From an uncultured Desulfarculus sp. (lineage in GTDB: Bacteria; Desulfobacterota; Desulfarculia; Desulfarculales; Desulfarculaceae): a stretch of 64,000 nucleotides of DNA. Location of the stretch: contig CAXXUK010000001.1 in assembly GCA_963665125.2 (NCBI GenBank), positions 2,368,001 to 2,432,000 of the forward strand. Reading direction: 5' to 3'. The translations under genes were made by a program, and so were the position numbers. Shown here in pieces: positions 1-8,987 of the stretch. Under the pieces are notes generated by a model. The model had not been told where the DNA came from. It was given only the letters and a program-made list of their open reading frames with translations, and ran no database searches. Position 1 is the stretch's first letter, and each line of letters begins with the position of its first letter.

Positions 1-268
1 CTACGCCCTGTCGCCCGAGCTGTTGGACGACCGGGGCCGGATGGTCTTTGGGATTCTGTCTGGATGGTCCAGGGACAACGGCGAGCCGTGGCTGTCCACC
101 TATGACCCGGCCGTTCTGGGTCCAGAACTCAAGGAACTTGGCTACGGCTGGGTGGAGGACCTGGGCCAGGCCGAAATAAACGCCCGCTATTTCGCCGGGC
201 GCGCCGACGGCTTGGGCGTGGGAACCCTGTACCGTTTGGTGTCGGCCACGATGGGCTCCCGTTCCTAG
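1..268 (+). CDS. C-terminal part of a class I SAM-dependent methyltransferase (LCM/TIGR00027-like), truncated by window edge
   Basis: ORF ends at TAG 268; GEPWLSTYDP...ELKELGY..VEDLG..EINARYF..RADGL resembles the C-terminus of this family. Confidence 0.6.
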   Translation, partial: YALSPELLDDRGRMVFGILSGWSRDNGEPWLSTYDPAVLGPELKELGYGWVEDLGQAEINARYFAGRADGLGVGTLYRLVSATMGSRS

Positions 269-282
269 CATGGATATACGAT

Positions 283-311
283 GGGCTCCCGGCCCTGCGC
301 GCCGGGAGCCC
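283..311. terminator. GC-rich hairpin between convergent genes
   Basis: GGGCTCCCGG...CCGGGAGCCC inverted repeat between stops at 268 and 321; no clear U tract. Confidence 0.45.
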
Positions 312-320
312 GCCCCCCAA

Positions 321-2441
321 CTATTCCAGTACGATAAGGGCGTCGACCACCTTTGGTTTGCCGTCCACGAACAGGATCGGGTTGAGGTCCATCTCGGCGA
401 TTTCCGGATGCAACAGGGCGATATCGCCGACCTTGGCCAGAAGGTCGCCCAGGGCATCCAGATCCACCGGCGGCAGTCCCCGGAATCCGTTGAGAATGCT
501 GCTGCTTTTGAGGCTCTTGACCATGGCCTTGGCCTCGCCGCCGGCCAGCGGGGCCAGACGTATGGCCGTGTCTTTGATGGCCTCGGCATACACGCCGCCC
601 AGTCCGCAGAGCACCAGGGGCGGGAAGGTGGGGAAACGGGTCATGCCGGCGATGATTTCCCGCTGGGCAGGCAGCATTTCGGCCACCAACAGCGGAATAC
701 TTGGCACGGCCTGGTCGATGGCCTTGCAGGCGGCAACCACCTCGTCGTCGTTCTTCAGGTTCAGGTGCACGATGCCCAGTTCGGTCTTGTGCTGGGCCTG
801 GGCCGAGCATCCCTTCACGGCCACCGGGTAGCCGATCTCATTGGCCGCGGCCACGGCCTGATCCACGCCGCTGGCCAGGATTTCCCGGCTGGTCTCTATA
901 CCATAGGCCCGCAGCACGCTCTTGGCCTGGTATTCATCCAGGGCGCCGGAGGACAATAGCCCGGCGGCCTCGGCGTTCTTGGGCGGCAGCTGGGCGGCCT
1001 TTTCGTTTTGCCGCTCCATGATCCGCCGGGCCTTGTAGGCCAGGCCCATGACCCTGGCCGCCCTTTCCGGCGAATCGAACACCGGAATCTGGGCGTCCTG
1101 CAGTTCCACGTTGCAGTGGTCGGTGCGGTCGAAAAACGACGTCGCCAATAGCGGTTTGCCGTATTTGGCGGGCATCTGCTTCAACTGCGTCAGATCGGCC
1201 GTCATCATGGCCTGGAGGTCCTCCAGGGGCACGTTCATGAATTTACTGAATACCTTGTGGGCCATGGCGGCCCAGGCTGTGTCCATGATCCCGTGCAGCA
1301 GCAGTCCGTCGATGCCGTCGTCTTCCAGCAGGATGCGAGGCAGGGCTTCGGTGATTTTGGTCATGTCGGTGTGGAAGGTCAGATCCACCGGATTGCCCAC
1401 CGCGGCGTGGGCCGGCATGATCTCACGCAGTTTGGCCTGGATGCTGTCCGACAGCGGCGGCATGTCCATGCCCATGCGCTCCAGGGTGGTGGCCATGCCC
1501 GAGCCGGGTCCGCCGGAGTTGGTCAACACGGCGATGCGCCTGCCCCTGGGCAGCGGCTGGTGGGCCATGGCGTCACCGGCCCGGTAGACCTCTTCAATGG
1601 AATCGACCCTGATCACGCCCGCCTGCTCGAACAGGCCGTCGTAGATATAATCAGGCCCGGCCATTGCCCCGGTATGGCTGGAGCCGCTGCGGGCGCCGAA
1701 TTCATTGCCGCCGATATACTGGGCCACGATGGGTTTGGTCTTGGTGATTTCCCTGGCCAGCTCCAGAAATTCCTTGGGACGGCGAATGCACTCGATATAC
1801 AGGCCGATGGACTTGGTGTCCGGGTCCTGGCCCAGGTATTCCAGACAATCCACCAGGTCGATGCTGGCCTCGTTGCCCACGCTGATGCCCTTGGAAATGC
1901 GGATCCCCCGCTGGCCAAGGTAATAGTTGGTCTGGGTGATGTATGTGCCGCTCTGGCTGGCCAGGGAAAAATAGCCGGGAGGCGTGGCCAGGGGCGAAAC
2001 GGCCATATTCAGCGGCATGTGGGCGTTGACCGCGCCCATGCAGTTGGGGCCGATAAAGCGCATGCCGTATTCATTGGCCGTATCCACCAGGGATTTTTCC
2101 AGGGCCTGGCCGTCCTCGCCGACCTCCTTGAAGCCGGCCGTGACGATCAAGGCGTGCCTGGTGCCGATCTCGCAAAGGTCCTTGATCATGCCCGGCACCA
2201 GTTTGGTGGGCACCACCAACAGGGCCATGTCCGGGGCATAGGGCAGGTCCTTGATATCGGCGTAGGCCTTTTTGCCGAACACCTCTTTTTCCTTGGGGTG
2301 CACCGGCAGGACCTCGCCGGGAAACCCGCTGTGCAGGATGTTCAGGTACTGGATCGTGCCCATTTTTTGAGGGTTGTTGCTGGCTCCCAAAACGGCGATG
2401 GATTTGGGTTCGAGGATGGTCTTCAGGGGATTTTCGCTCAT
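321..2441 (-). CDS. Acetate/acyl-CoA ligase (ADP-forming), fused alpha-beta
   Basis: 706 aa; PKSIAVLGAS, IGPNCMG, SQSG, SHTGAMAG (phospho-His), NPVDLT, C-terminal ATP-grasp HKTELGIV...MDLNP. Confidence 0.92.
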   Translation of the reverse strand: MSENPLKTILEPKSIAVLGASNNPQKMGTIQYLNILHSGFPGEVLPVHPKEKEVFGKKAYADIKDLPYAPDMALLVVPTKLVPGMIKDLCEIGTRHALIVTAGFKEVGEDGQALEKSLVDTANEYGMRFIGPNCMGAVNAHMPLNMAVSPLATPPGYFSLASQSGTYITQTNYYLGQRGIRISKGISVGNEASIDLVDCLEYLGQDPDTKSIGLYIECIRRPKEFLELAREITKTKPIVAQYIGGNEFGARSGSSHTGAMAGPDYIYDGLFEQAGVIRVDSIEEVYRAGDAMAHQPLPRGRRIAVLTNSGGPGSGMATTLERMGMDMPPLSDSIQAKLREIMPAHAAVGNPVDLTFHTDMTKITEALPRILLEDDGIDGLLLHGIMDTAWAAMAHKVFSKFMNVPLEDLQAMMTADLTQLKQMPAKYGKPLLATSFFDRTDHCNVELQDAQIPVFDSPERAARVMGLAYKARRIMERQNEKAAQLPPKNAEAAGLLSSGALDEYQAKSVLRAYGIETSREILASGVDQAVAAANEIGYPVAVKGCSAQAQHKTELGIVHLNLKNDDEVVAACKAIDQAVPSIPLLVAEMLPAQREIIAGMTRFPTFPPLVLCGLGGVYAEAIKDTAIRLAPLAGGEAKAMVKSLKSSSILNGFRGLPPVDLDALGDLLAKVGDIALLHPEIAEMDLNPILFVDGKPKVVDALIVLE

Positions 2442-2768
2442 TGTAGGCTTACCTTCGCATTCGTTCGGCGTTAATAGCTGCCCACGGGGGTCAACTTTTC
2501 CGTAAACGTAAAACTCATTGCTGATGTCGCAAATTGCGATGAACTATAGAATAGTACTCCAACTAAACTAAGTTCAGCAACGGCAAAGGTATTATATTTT
2601 ATGAATTTCCGACCGCGGCTTTAATTTGGCGGCCAAGCCGATACAAAGCAAAGGATTCTGTCCGGGACGGGTTGCCGAAAAAAAGGGCCATACCACCCCC
2701 TGACCCCAACGGGCCTTGTTTTTTACGGCGGTGAGATACCGCCGCGCCCTTTAAACCGCGCCGGAACC

Positions 2769-2969
2769 TCAGGACGCCTGGGCCATCTCCGTGAGGCAAT
2801 CTTCCCGGAACAGGCAGTCCTCCTGGCCGCAGCCGGGAATGTTGCCGAAGCAGGGATCGTGGCCCTCGGCAGTCTGAATTTCGCGAATCAAATCTATTTT
2901 ACGCAGTTTATTGAAATTTTTCAGACCCAAGGTGGTGGCCATAACGCGAAGTTGCTTTACTGTAGCCAT
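2769..2969 (-). CDS. Small Rho-N/SAP-like protein with C-terminal Cys cluster
   Basis: 66 aa; VKQLR.MA..LGLK...LRKIDLIREIQ.AEG then CF....C.QEDCLFREDC; GGAG RBS upstream. Confidence 0.75.
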   Translation of the reverse strand: MATVKQLRVMATTLGLKNFNKLRKIDLIREIQTAEGHDPCFGNIPGCGQEDCLFREDCLTEMAQAS

Positions 2970-2996
2970 AGTATATCTCCGATACCAATCAACAGC

Positions 2997-4790
2997 CTAA
3001 TCACAATCAGGGCCCACGCGAGGTCGGCAGACCCGGCATACGCCGTTTTCAGGAAGCCTGGATGGGTGTTCCCTACCGGCCAGGCCTATTTCCATAACCT
3101 GGCTGCCCCGGCAGCCGTTGCGGAACACCGTGACCCCCTTGAGGCCCAAACCATGGGCCTCCATCAATATACTTCGTACCATATCCTCGCCGGCATTGCC
3201 CGGCAGATTCAGGGTTTTACTCACCCCGTTGTCCACGTGCCGCTGGAAAGCCGCCTGCATGGCCAGGTGGGCCCGGGGGGCTATCTCGTGGGCCGTGGCG
3301 AACAGTTTGGCGGTGGGCTCGGGCACGCCCTGGAGCGCGGCCGTGGAGCCCGTTCTAAGCAGCAGGTCACGGTTTTGCCACGTATAGAGACCCAATTGGG
3401 ACAACCGGGCCTCCAGCCGGGGATGAATAAAATCAAGATAGTCGCCGTCAAGAATCCGGCGGCGGTAGGCCAGGGCGAAAAACGGCTCTATTCCGGCCGA
3501 GCAGCCCATCAGCAGCGAAAGCGTGCCCGTGGGAGCCACCGTGGTCACGGTGGCGTTGCGCATGTGTTTTTCGCCTTGGGCCTTGAGGGTGCTTTGGCCA
3601 AAGGCCCCGAAGCTGCCCCTGGCCCGGCCCAGGGAGCGGCTCTCGGCCCTGGCGGCTTCGTGGATGCGCCGCATTATCTCCGCGCCCAGGTCCCTGGCCT
3701 CTTCCGAATCATAACTCAGGCCCAGGTCCACCAGGGCGTCCGCCAGGCCCATCACCCCCAGGCCAATTTTGCGGGTAAGGCGGGTGGCCTTGGCCACCTG
3801 TTCCAGAGGGAAACGGTTGACGTCTATTACATCATCCAGAAATTGGGTGGCCAGTATCGCGGCGTCTTCCAGGGCGCTCCAGTCCATGGCGCCGCTACGC
3901 ACAAAGGCGGGCAGAACCAGGGAGCCGAGATTGCACGACTCATAGGGCAGCAGGGGTTGCTCCCCGCAGGGGTTGGTGGCCCGAATCATGCCCAGGGCGG
4001 GCGTCACGTTGGCCCGGTTGATGGCTCCGGAAAACAGCATTCCCGGTTCGCCGGATGCATGGGCCGCCTTGACGATTTTTTCGAAGAGGCAAGCCGTATC
4101 GACCCGCCGCGCCACCTGGGCCGTGCGCGGGTTGATCAGGGGCCAATCACGGCCCTGTTTAAGGGCCTCCATGAATTCATCGGGCGCCATGACCGACAAG
4201 TTGAAATTTTCCAAGACGCCGGGCCCGGACTTGGCCTGCATGAACTTTTCGATATCCGGATGAGACACGTCCAACACGGCCATGTTGGCGCCGCGCCGGG
4301 CCCCGCCCTGTTTTACCGCCTCGGTGGCAACGTCATAGACACCCATGAAGCTCAAGGGGCCTGAGCTGACGCCGGAAGTCGAGCCCACGATATCGCCCTC
4401 GGGCCGCAGGCCGGAAAAATCAAACCCCGTGCCCCCGCCCGATTTGTGGATCAGCGCCGCGTCCCGCAGAGAACCAAAGATGGATTCCATGGAGTCTTCG
4501 ATGGGTATGACAAAGCAGGCCGAAAGCTGGCCCAGACGGCGGCCGGCGTTCATCAGGGTGGGCGAGTTGGGCAAAAACAGCCCCTCGGCCATGAGCCGGT
4601 GGAACTTTTTGGCCTGGGCCTTGGCGCCGACGGCGCCGCCCCAAGGCTCCTCGGCCTGGGCCACCGCCCTGGCCACGCGCATGAGCATGGCTTCGGGCCG
4701 TTCCGGCGAGCCGCCGGAGTCCTTGGCCAGGTAGCGCTTCTCGAGGATCAACTCTGAACCGGGCGCAAATGGTTTGAGTTCCTCATTCAT
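2997..4790 (-). CDS. nrdJ: Adenosylcobalamin-dependent (class II) ribonucleotide reductase
   Basis: 597 aa; FLPNSPTLMNAG, SACF, RRGANM, NPCGEQ, CNLGS, TVAPTGT, C-terminal CxxC; no adjacent nrdB. Confidence 0.92.
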   Translation of the reverse strand: MNEELKPFAPGSELILEKRYLAKDSGGSPERPEAMLMRVARAVAQAEEPWGGAVGAKAQAKKFHRLMAEGLFLPNSPTLMNAGRRLGQLSACFVIPIEDSMESIFGSLRDAALIHKSGGGTGFDFSGLRPEGDIVGSTSGVSSGPLSFMGVYDVATEAVKQGGARRGANMAVLDVSHPDIEKFMQAKSGPGVLENFNLSVMAPDEFMEALKQGRDWPLINPRTAQVARRVDTACLFEKIVKAAHASGEPGMLFSGAINRANVTPALGMIRATNPCGEQPLLPYESCNLGSLVLPAFVRSGAMDWSALEDAAILATQFLDDVIDVNRFPLEQVAKATRLTRKIGLGVMGLADALVDLGLSYDSEEARDLGAEIMRRIHEAARAESRSLGRARGSFGAFGQSTLKAQGEKHMRNATVTTVAPTGTLSLLMGCSAGIEPFFALAYRRRILDGDYLDFIHPRLEARLSQLGLYTWQNRDLLLRTGSTAALQGVPEPTAKLFATAHEIAPRAHLAMQAAFQRHVDNGVSKTLNLPGNAGEDMVRSILMEAHGLGLKGVTVFRNGCRGSQVMEIGLAGREHPSRLPENGVCRVCRPRVGPDCD

Positions 4791-4975
4791 GTCCCTAGCA
4801 TATGACTAATCGCCGGCTGTTAATACACTAATCAGCGCCTTTTTTGTCAAAATTTGCCCACCTGCTGAACGCTATTGCCGCTCCCAGCGACGGAACTTTG
4901 GGCATTTCTTACCGCCGTAAAATACTTACCTCAAATTTGTCTTTGAATATAAAGCAGTTGCATAAAATTACGCAG

Positions 4976-4993
4976 TTGGCACCGCCCTTGCTA
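4976..4993 (+). promoter_or_regulatory. Sigma54 (-24/-12) promoter
   Basis: TTGGCACCGCCCTTGCTA: GG-N10-GC matching TGGCAC-N5-TTGC; IHF-like TATAAAGCAGTTG just upstream (4948-4960). Confidence 0.8.
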
Positions 4994-5029
4994 AGTTCAT
5001 GGGCAGCAAAAGAATTTACGGAGCGCGAG

Positions 5030-5206
5030 ATGAAAGACCAAACCGTACAAGTGCAGAATTTCGAGCCGGAGCTGTATTGCCTGCGTTGCGAGCTGATGGA
5101 GTGGGACGATCAGGCCCGGCGCTGCCAAAACTTTGACGGACCGCGTTGTCCTTTGTTTATCCGGTCGTTGCTGGCCGACATCGAAGTGAGTTGTGTTGTC
5201 GTTTAG
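5030..5206 (+). CDS. Small Cys-containing hypothetical protein (58 aa)
   Basis: GGAG RBS at 5020, ATG 5030, downstream of the sigma54 promoter; CLRC...C...CP motif. Confidence 0.6.
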   Translation: MKDQTVQVQNFEPELYCLRCELMEWDDQARRCQNFDGPRCPLFIRSLLADIEVSCVVV

Positions 5207-5226
5207 CGACAAGCATGGAGGTAATC

Positions 5227-5367
5227 ATGAGTGATCTGCAAACCACCATTACTATTTTGGCTCTGGCCGGCCTGGCCGCCAGCGTTGCCATCGAGTTGCT
5301 CAAGACGCGCAAGGAAAACCGGCGCTGGAAGGAACACATGCGCCGCCTGAGCGAGGAGATCGCCTAG
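5227..5367 (+). CDS. Small single-pass membrane protein (46 aa)
   Basis: GGAGG RBS at 5217; hydrophobic TITILALAGLAASVAIELL followed by a basic tail. Confidence 0.65.
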   Translation: MSDLQTTITILALAGLAASVAIELLKTRKENRRWKEHMRRLSEEIA

Positions 5368-5368
5368 G

Positions 5369-5749
5369 CTAGCTTGTCAGCTTGTCGACCAGGGCCAGGG
5401 TCCGGGCCTGGATTCCCCTGAGTTCGCGGACCTGGTCCTCCAAGGCTGCCATGCGCCGTTCCAGTTCGGCCACCTTGTCGGCCCCACCCACGGGCGCTTG
5501 GCCTCCGGCCAGGCTCTGACGGGTCTGCCTGACGCTGAGCCCCTTATCCTTGAGCAGAACACGAATCTCTTTGAGCCTTTTGATGGCCTCGTCATCAAAC
5601 AAGCGCCTGCGTCCGGCGCCTCTTTCAAGGGCCAGGAATTCCTCAAACTGCTGGTCATAGTATCTGATCGTGCTGGCGGCTATACCGGTCTTTTGGGAAA
5701 CCTGCGCGACCGTGTAAAGTCCTTGTCCGGGGTCTTTGTCGTTGGCCAT
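5369..5749 (-). CDS. MerR-family HTH regulator with coiled-coil tail
   Basis: YTVAQVSQKTGIAASTIRYYD...RRLFD...L..IR.LL.DKGLS; start chosen after GGAGG. Confidence 0.85.
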   Translation of the reverse strand: MANDKDPGQGLYTVAQVSQKTGIAASTIRYYDQQFEEFLALERGAGRRRLFDDEAIKRLKEIRVLLKDKGLSVRQTRQSLAGGQAPVGGADKVAELERRMAALEDQVRELRGIQARTLALVDKLTS

Positions 5750-5839
5750 CTGCCTTAGCCTCCATAACTTGGTTAACTTATTGTATATCACGCCGCTGAA
5801 CCGTGGGACAAGCTTCCGGGCATGTGCTATATTCCCAGC

Positions 5840-6364
5840 ATGTCGAATTTGTCTTCAAATACGCCCTTGAAAATGGCGCGCTGGGAGATTTGGATCGTTG
5901 CCGTTTTGGCCCTGGCGCTGACCGCCTTGGCCGTGCACGGCAAGCAAAAGCATTGCGCCGAGGGCTACGAACAGTTCATCAAAAATGCCGAAGTCATCGA
6001 AGAAGCCCTGACGAAATATGCTGATGAAAACGGCGGTTATCCTTCAGACGCCTGCGCCTACGGCCGCCCGCCGGGGCTCAACACCCGCTACATGCGCTGG
6101 AAGCGCGAATGGAATATCGACTACGAGGTCCGCGACAATATGCACGGCGGAATCTTTGTCTGCCTGGAATATTGCGGGCCCGAGGGAGCCGTCCGCTATC
6201 GCGGCTTGTGCAATGTGCCGGAATACAGAAAAGCGTACCCCAAGGGCCAACCGATACCCGGCGAGATCAACCGTATCTGGGTGATCAGGGAATCGGCCAA
6301 GGTCCTGCCCTGCCCCACCCCGCCGCCCGGCAAACCGGACCATGGACGCCGCCAGGCTCAATAA
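5840..6364 (+). CDS. Pseudopilin/GspG-like membrane-anchored hypothetical protein
   Basis: N-terminal TM segment, IEEALTKYADENGGYPSD resembles the GspG helix; several Cys. Confidence 0.55.
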   Translation: MSNLSSNTPLKMARWEIWIVAVLALALTALAVHGKQKHCAEGYEQFIKNAEVIEEALTKYADENGGYPSDACAYGRPPGLNTRYMRWKREWNIDYEVRDNMHGGIFVCLEYCGPEGAVRYRGLCNVPEYRKAYPKGQPIPGEINRIWVIRESAKVLPCPTPPPGKPDHGRRQAQ

Positions 6365-7274
6365 GCGGATCAACATGCTAGGCCCCTGGCTGCGCGAAAG
6401 GTTCGGCGGCCCGGTGGTGAAGACAGGTCTGGACACCGGATTCGGCTGTCCCAACCGCCTGGCCGGAAATGGCGGATGCAGTTTTTGCCCACCGGCGGCC
6501 TATGGCCGCGACCAACAAGGCCAATCCATTTCCCGGCAATTGGAAAGCGGCCTGCGACGCCTGGCCGAAAAGGCCCTGCGCGGCGACAAGCCCACGCCCC
6601 TGGCCCTGGCCTATTTCCAAGCCTACACCAGCACCAACGCCGAGCCCGACATCCTGGAGCAGACCCTGAACCAGGCCGTTGGAGCGTCGGGCGTCTGCGG
6701 GGCCATAGTCTCCACCCGGCCCGACTGCCTGGACGGCCCCCGCTGGGAGGCACTGGAGCGCTTCAGGCAAAAAATGCCACTGTGGCTGGAGTTGGGTCTG
6801 CAAAGCGCCCATGACCAGACATTGCGGGCCATTGGCCGGGGCCACGACGTCGCGTGCTTTGACCGGGCTGCGGCCGAGGCCCAGCGCCGGGGATTTGACG
6901 TGGTGGCCCACGTGGTCCTGGGCCTGCCCGGCGAGAGGCCGGAGCATACGGCAAAAACCGCCGATCATTTGGCCGGGCTGGGCCTTTGGGGCGTCAAGAT
7001 GCACAACCTGATGGTCCTGGAAGGCTCGCGCCTGGCCGCCCAATACCATGACGGCGCATTTGAGCCATGGCCCCTGGAGCAATATGCCAAGGCCGCGGCG
7101 GAGTTCATCGGCCGCCTGCCCCGGTCCATGCTGGTCCACCGCCTGGCCGCAGATCCGGGCCGGGACAAGCTCGCCGCCCCCCAATGGGCCGCGGACAAGG
7201 ACGCCATATTAAGCGCCATTGCCGACGAACTGGAACGACGCGACATCACTCAGGGGGATTTATGCCGCAAATAG
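6342..7274 (+). CDS. Radical SAM protein, TIGR01212 (YhcC/YtqA) family
   Basis: GFGCPNR....GGCSFC, AYFQAYTST, STRPDC, WLELGLQS, RGHD, GVKMHNL. Confidence 0.9.
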   Translation: MDAARLNKRINMLGPWLRERFGGPVVKTGLDTGFGCPNRLAGNGGCSFCPPAAYGRDQQGQSISRQLESGLRRLAEKALRGDKPTPLALAYFQAYTSTNAEPDILEQTLNQAVGASGVCGAIVSTRPDCLDGPRWEALERFRQKMPLWLELGLQSAHDQTLRAIGRGHDVACFDRAAAEAQRRGFDVVAHVVLGLPGERPEHTAKTADHLAGLGLWGVKMHNLMVLEGSRLAAQYHDGAFEPWPLEQYAKAAAEFIGRLPRSMLVHRLAADPGRDKLAAPQWAADKDAILSAIADELERRDITQGDLCRK

Positions 7275-7792
7275 TCTCCATCATGACCATCCAGACCAAG
7301 CTTGGTCCGCTGCACTGCGCGGCAACTGAAAACGCCGTGCTCTCCGTTGACCTGCCGCCCTCGGGCAAGCTGGAGGAGTTCATCGCCTTGGCCAAGGCCA
7401 AGGGCGGGGGCGTGGAGCACCGCATTGTCAGCCCGGAGGAGCATGAGGCGGGCAGACAAATAATGGCCTATCTGGGCGGCGACGCGCATGCCCTAGGCAT
7501 GGAGCCCGATCTCGGGGGCCTGCGGCCCTTCAGCAGGGCAGTGCTTACGGCCATCCGCGAGATACCGCCGGGCCAAACCTGGACCTACGCCCAGGCGGCG
7601 GCCGCCGCGGGCAGCCCAAGGGGCGCCAGGGCCGCCGGACAGGCCCTGCACCGCAACCCGGTGGCCCTTTTCGCGCCGTGCCACAGGATCATCGGCGCGG
7701 ACGGCTCCCTGACCGGTTTCGGTTCGGGCCTGCCCACCAAACAAGCCCTGCTCGAGCTTGAGCGCGGCGGGCAGACCCTGCTGTTAAGTTAG
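7262..7792 (+). CDS. ogt: Methylated-DNA-protein-cysteine methyltransferase
   Basis: IPPGQTWTY, ARAAGQAL..NP, PCHRII, LTGFGSG; ATG 7262 overlaps the upstream gene. Confidence 0.92.
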   Translation: MPQIVSIMTIQTKLGPLHCAATENAVLSVDLPPSGKLEEFIALAKAKGGGVEHRIVSPEEHEAGRQIMAYLGGDAHALGMEPDLGGLRPFSRAVLTAIREIPPGQTWTYAQAAAAAGSPRGARAAGQALHRNPVALFAPCHRIIGADGSLTGFGSGLPTKQALLELERGGQTLLLS

Positions 7793-8358
7793 CCGAAAAG
7801 GCGTTTGGCCTCGGCCTCCACCTGGTCCCACACTTCTTTTCTGTCCGCCACTTCACCGGCTTCCAGGACTTCCCAGGCCCTGATCAGGGTTGTTTCGCTA
7901 AATCCGGCGTATTGGAAGAACATGGCGTACTTGGTGAACACGTCGGCGTACTGTTTTTCGCTGTCGCCCTGGGTCTGGATGCACACCAGCTTCTGGCCCT
8001 TGGGCAGCCGGAAGTCATTGGGGTTGGTCATGAAATCCGGTCCGCAGAAGGAATAGGTGCGGTCGATGAAGCACTTCATCTGGCCGCTGAGGTCGAAGAA
8101 ATAGATCGGCGAGGCCAGGACCAGCACGTCGGCGGTCTTGATATCCTCCAAAACCGGCGTGAGGTCGTCCTTGAGGGCGCAGTGGTCCAACTTGGTCTTG
8201 CACGCGCCGCAACCCTGGCAGCCCTTGAAATTGAGTTTGTTGAGTTCATAAACGGCCACCTCGGCCCCCAAATCCTTGGCCGTGTCGCAAAAGGCGTTGG
8301 CCAGGGAAGTGGAGTTGCCCTTGCTGCGTGGGCTGCCCAGCAAACATACTGCTTTCAT
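7789..8358 (-). CDS. Flavodoxin family / iron-sulfur flavoprotein (NADPH-dependent FMN reductase)
   Basis: LGSPRSKGNS, CQGCGAC.....C, ASPIYF, QMKCFIDR. Confidence 0.9.
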   Translation of the reverse strand: MKAVCLLGSPRSKGNSTSLANAFCDTAKDLGAEVAVYELNKLNFKGCQGCGACKTKLDHCALKDDLTPVLEDIKTADVLVLASPIYFFDLSGQMKCFIDRTYSFCGPDFMTNPNDFRLPKGQKLVCIQTQGDSEKQYADVFTKYAMFFQYAGFSETTLIRAWEVLEAGEVADRKEVWDQVEAEAKRLFG

Positions 8359-8429
8359 TGTTCAACCTCCGTTTTTGTTCGGCATTCGTTTATTTTTATT
8401 TTCGAACTATTCGGCCAAAAAATTTACCC

Positions 8430-8861
8430 CTACTTTTCGCCTGTCAGCTTGGCGAACAGACCCAGAAGCTGATCCTGCTCGTCCTCGTCCAGTTTTGCCA
8501 GCATCCGCCGACAGGCGTCCAGCCAGGCCCGCATTTCGCTGTGACCGATGCGGCTGCCTTCATCGGTGAGCACTATTTCCACCACCCGGCGGTCCTCCGG
8601 GCAGGCAATGCGCTTCAGCAGCCCCTTGGCTTCCATTTTGTCCACCAGGTAGGTCACGCTGCTGACAGCCATTTGCAGCCAGTCGGCCAATTTTTTCATC
8701 ATCACCGGCTGATGCAGGCCCACGAATTCAATGGTCTTGAGTTCCCTGGGGTGCAGGCAATCATTTTGCATGCAGCAACCCGCCTGGGTCTGCTCCATGG
8801 CCCGGCCCAGCAGCATCAGGTAGTTGTGCAGTTTTTTCGCCTTGTGATCCAGATCCGTCAT
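8430..8861 (-). CDS. MarR-family transcriptional regulator
   Basis: SSVTYLVDKMEAKGLLKR...EDRRVVEIVLTDEG. Confidence 0.9.
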   Translation of the reverse strand: MTDLDHKAKKLHNYLMLLGRAMEQTQAGCCMQNDCLHPRELKTIEFVGLHQPVMMKKLADWLQMAVSSVTYLVDKMEAKGLLKRIACPEDRRVVEIVLTDEGSRIGHSEMRAWLDACRRMLAKLDEDEQDQLLGLFAKLTGEK

Positions 8862-8870
8862 TGGCAACCT

Positions 8871-8920
8871 ATTTCGAATTTCGAATAATTTGATTATAGA
8901 GCTAAATTTATTTCAGTCAA
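8871..8920 (-). promoter_or_regulatory. Sigma70 promoter of marR with probable MarR operator
   Basis: Minus strand TTGACT-N16-TATAAT (8920-8893); palindrome TTCGAA-T-TTCGAA at 8873-8885 just downstream. Confidence 0.65.
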
Positions 8921-8987
8921 GCCCCTGCCGTGCAAATTGACCTGCCCGGCATGACGGGACTAGAATGCGAAAAAAAAGAGGCAATGC

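Noticed and set aside
248..291. 14-bp direct repeat ACGATGGGCTCCCG at 248 and 278
   Set aside because: Only two copies 30 bp apart, one forming a terminator arm; not a CRISPR array and no mobile element between them.
2859..4364. 501-aa plus-strand ORF
   Set aside because: Antisense shadow of nrdJ, typical of high-GC codon bias; no motifs.
4790..4860. Possible NrdR boxes upstream of nrdJ
   Set aside because: No convincing match to the acaCwAtATaTwGtg consensus.
4844..5029. N-terminal extension of the 120-aa ORF
   Set aside because: It runs through the sigma54 promoter; the RBS supports ATG 5030.
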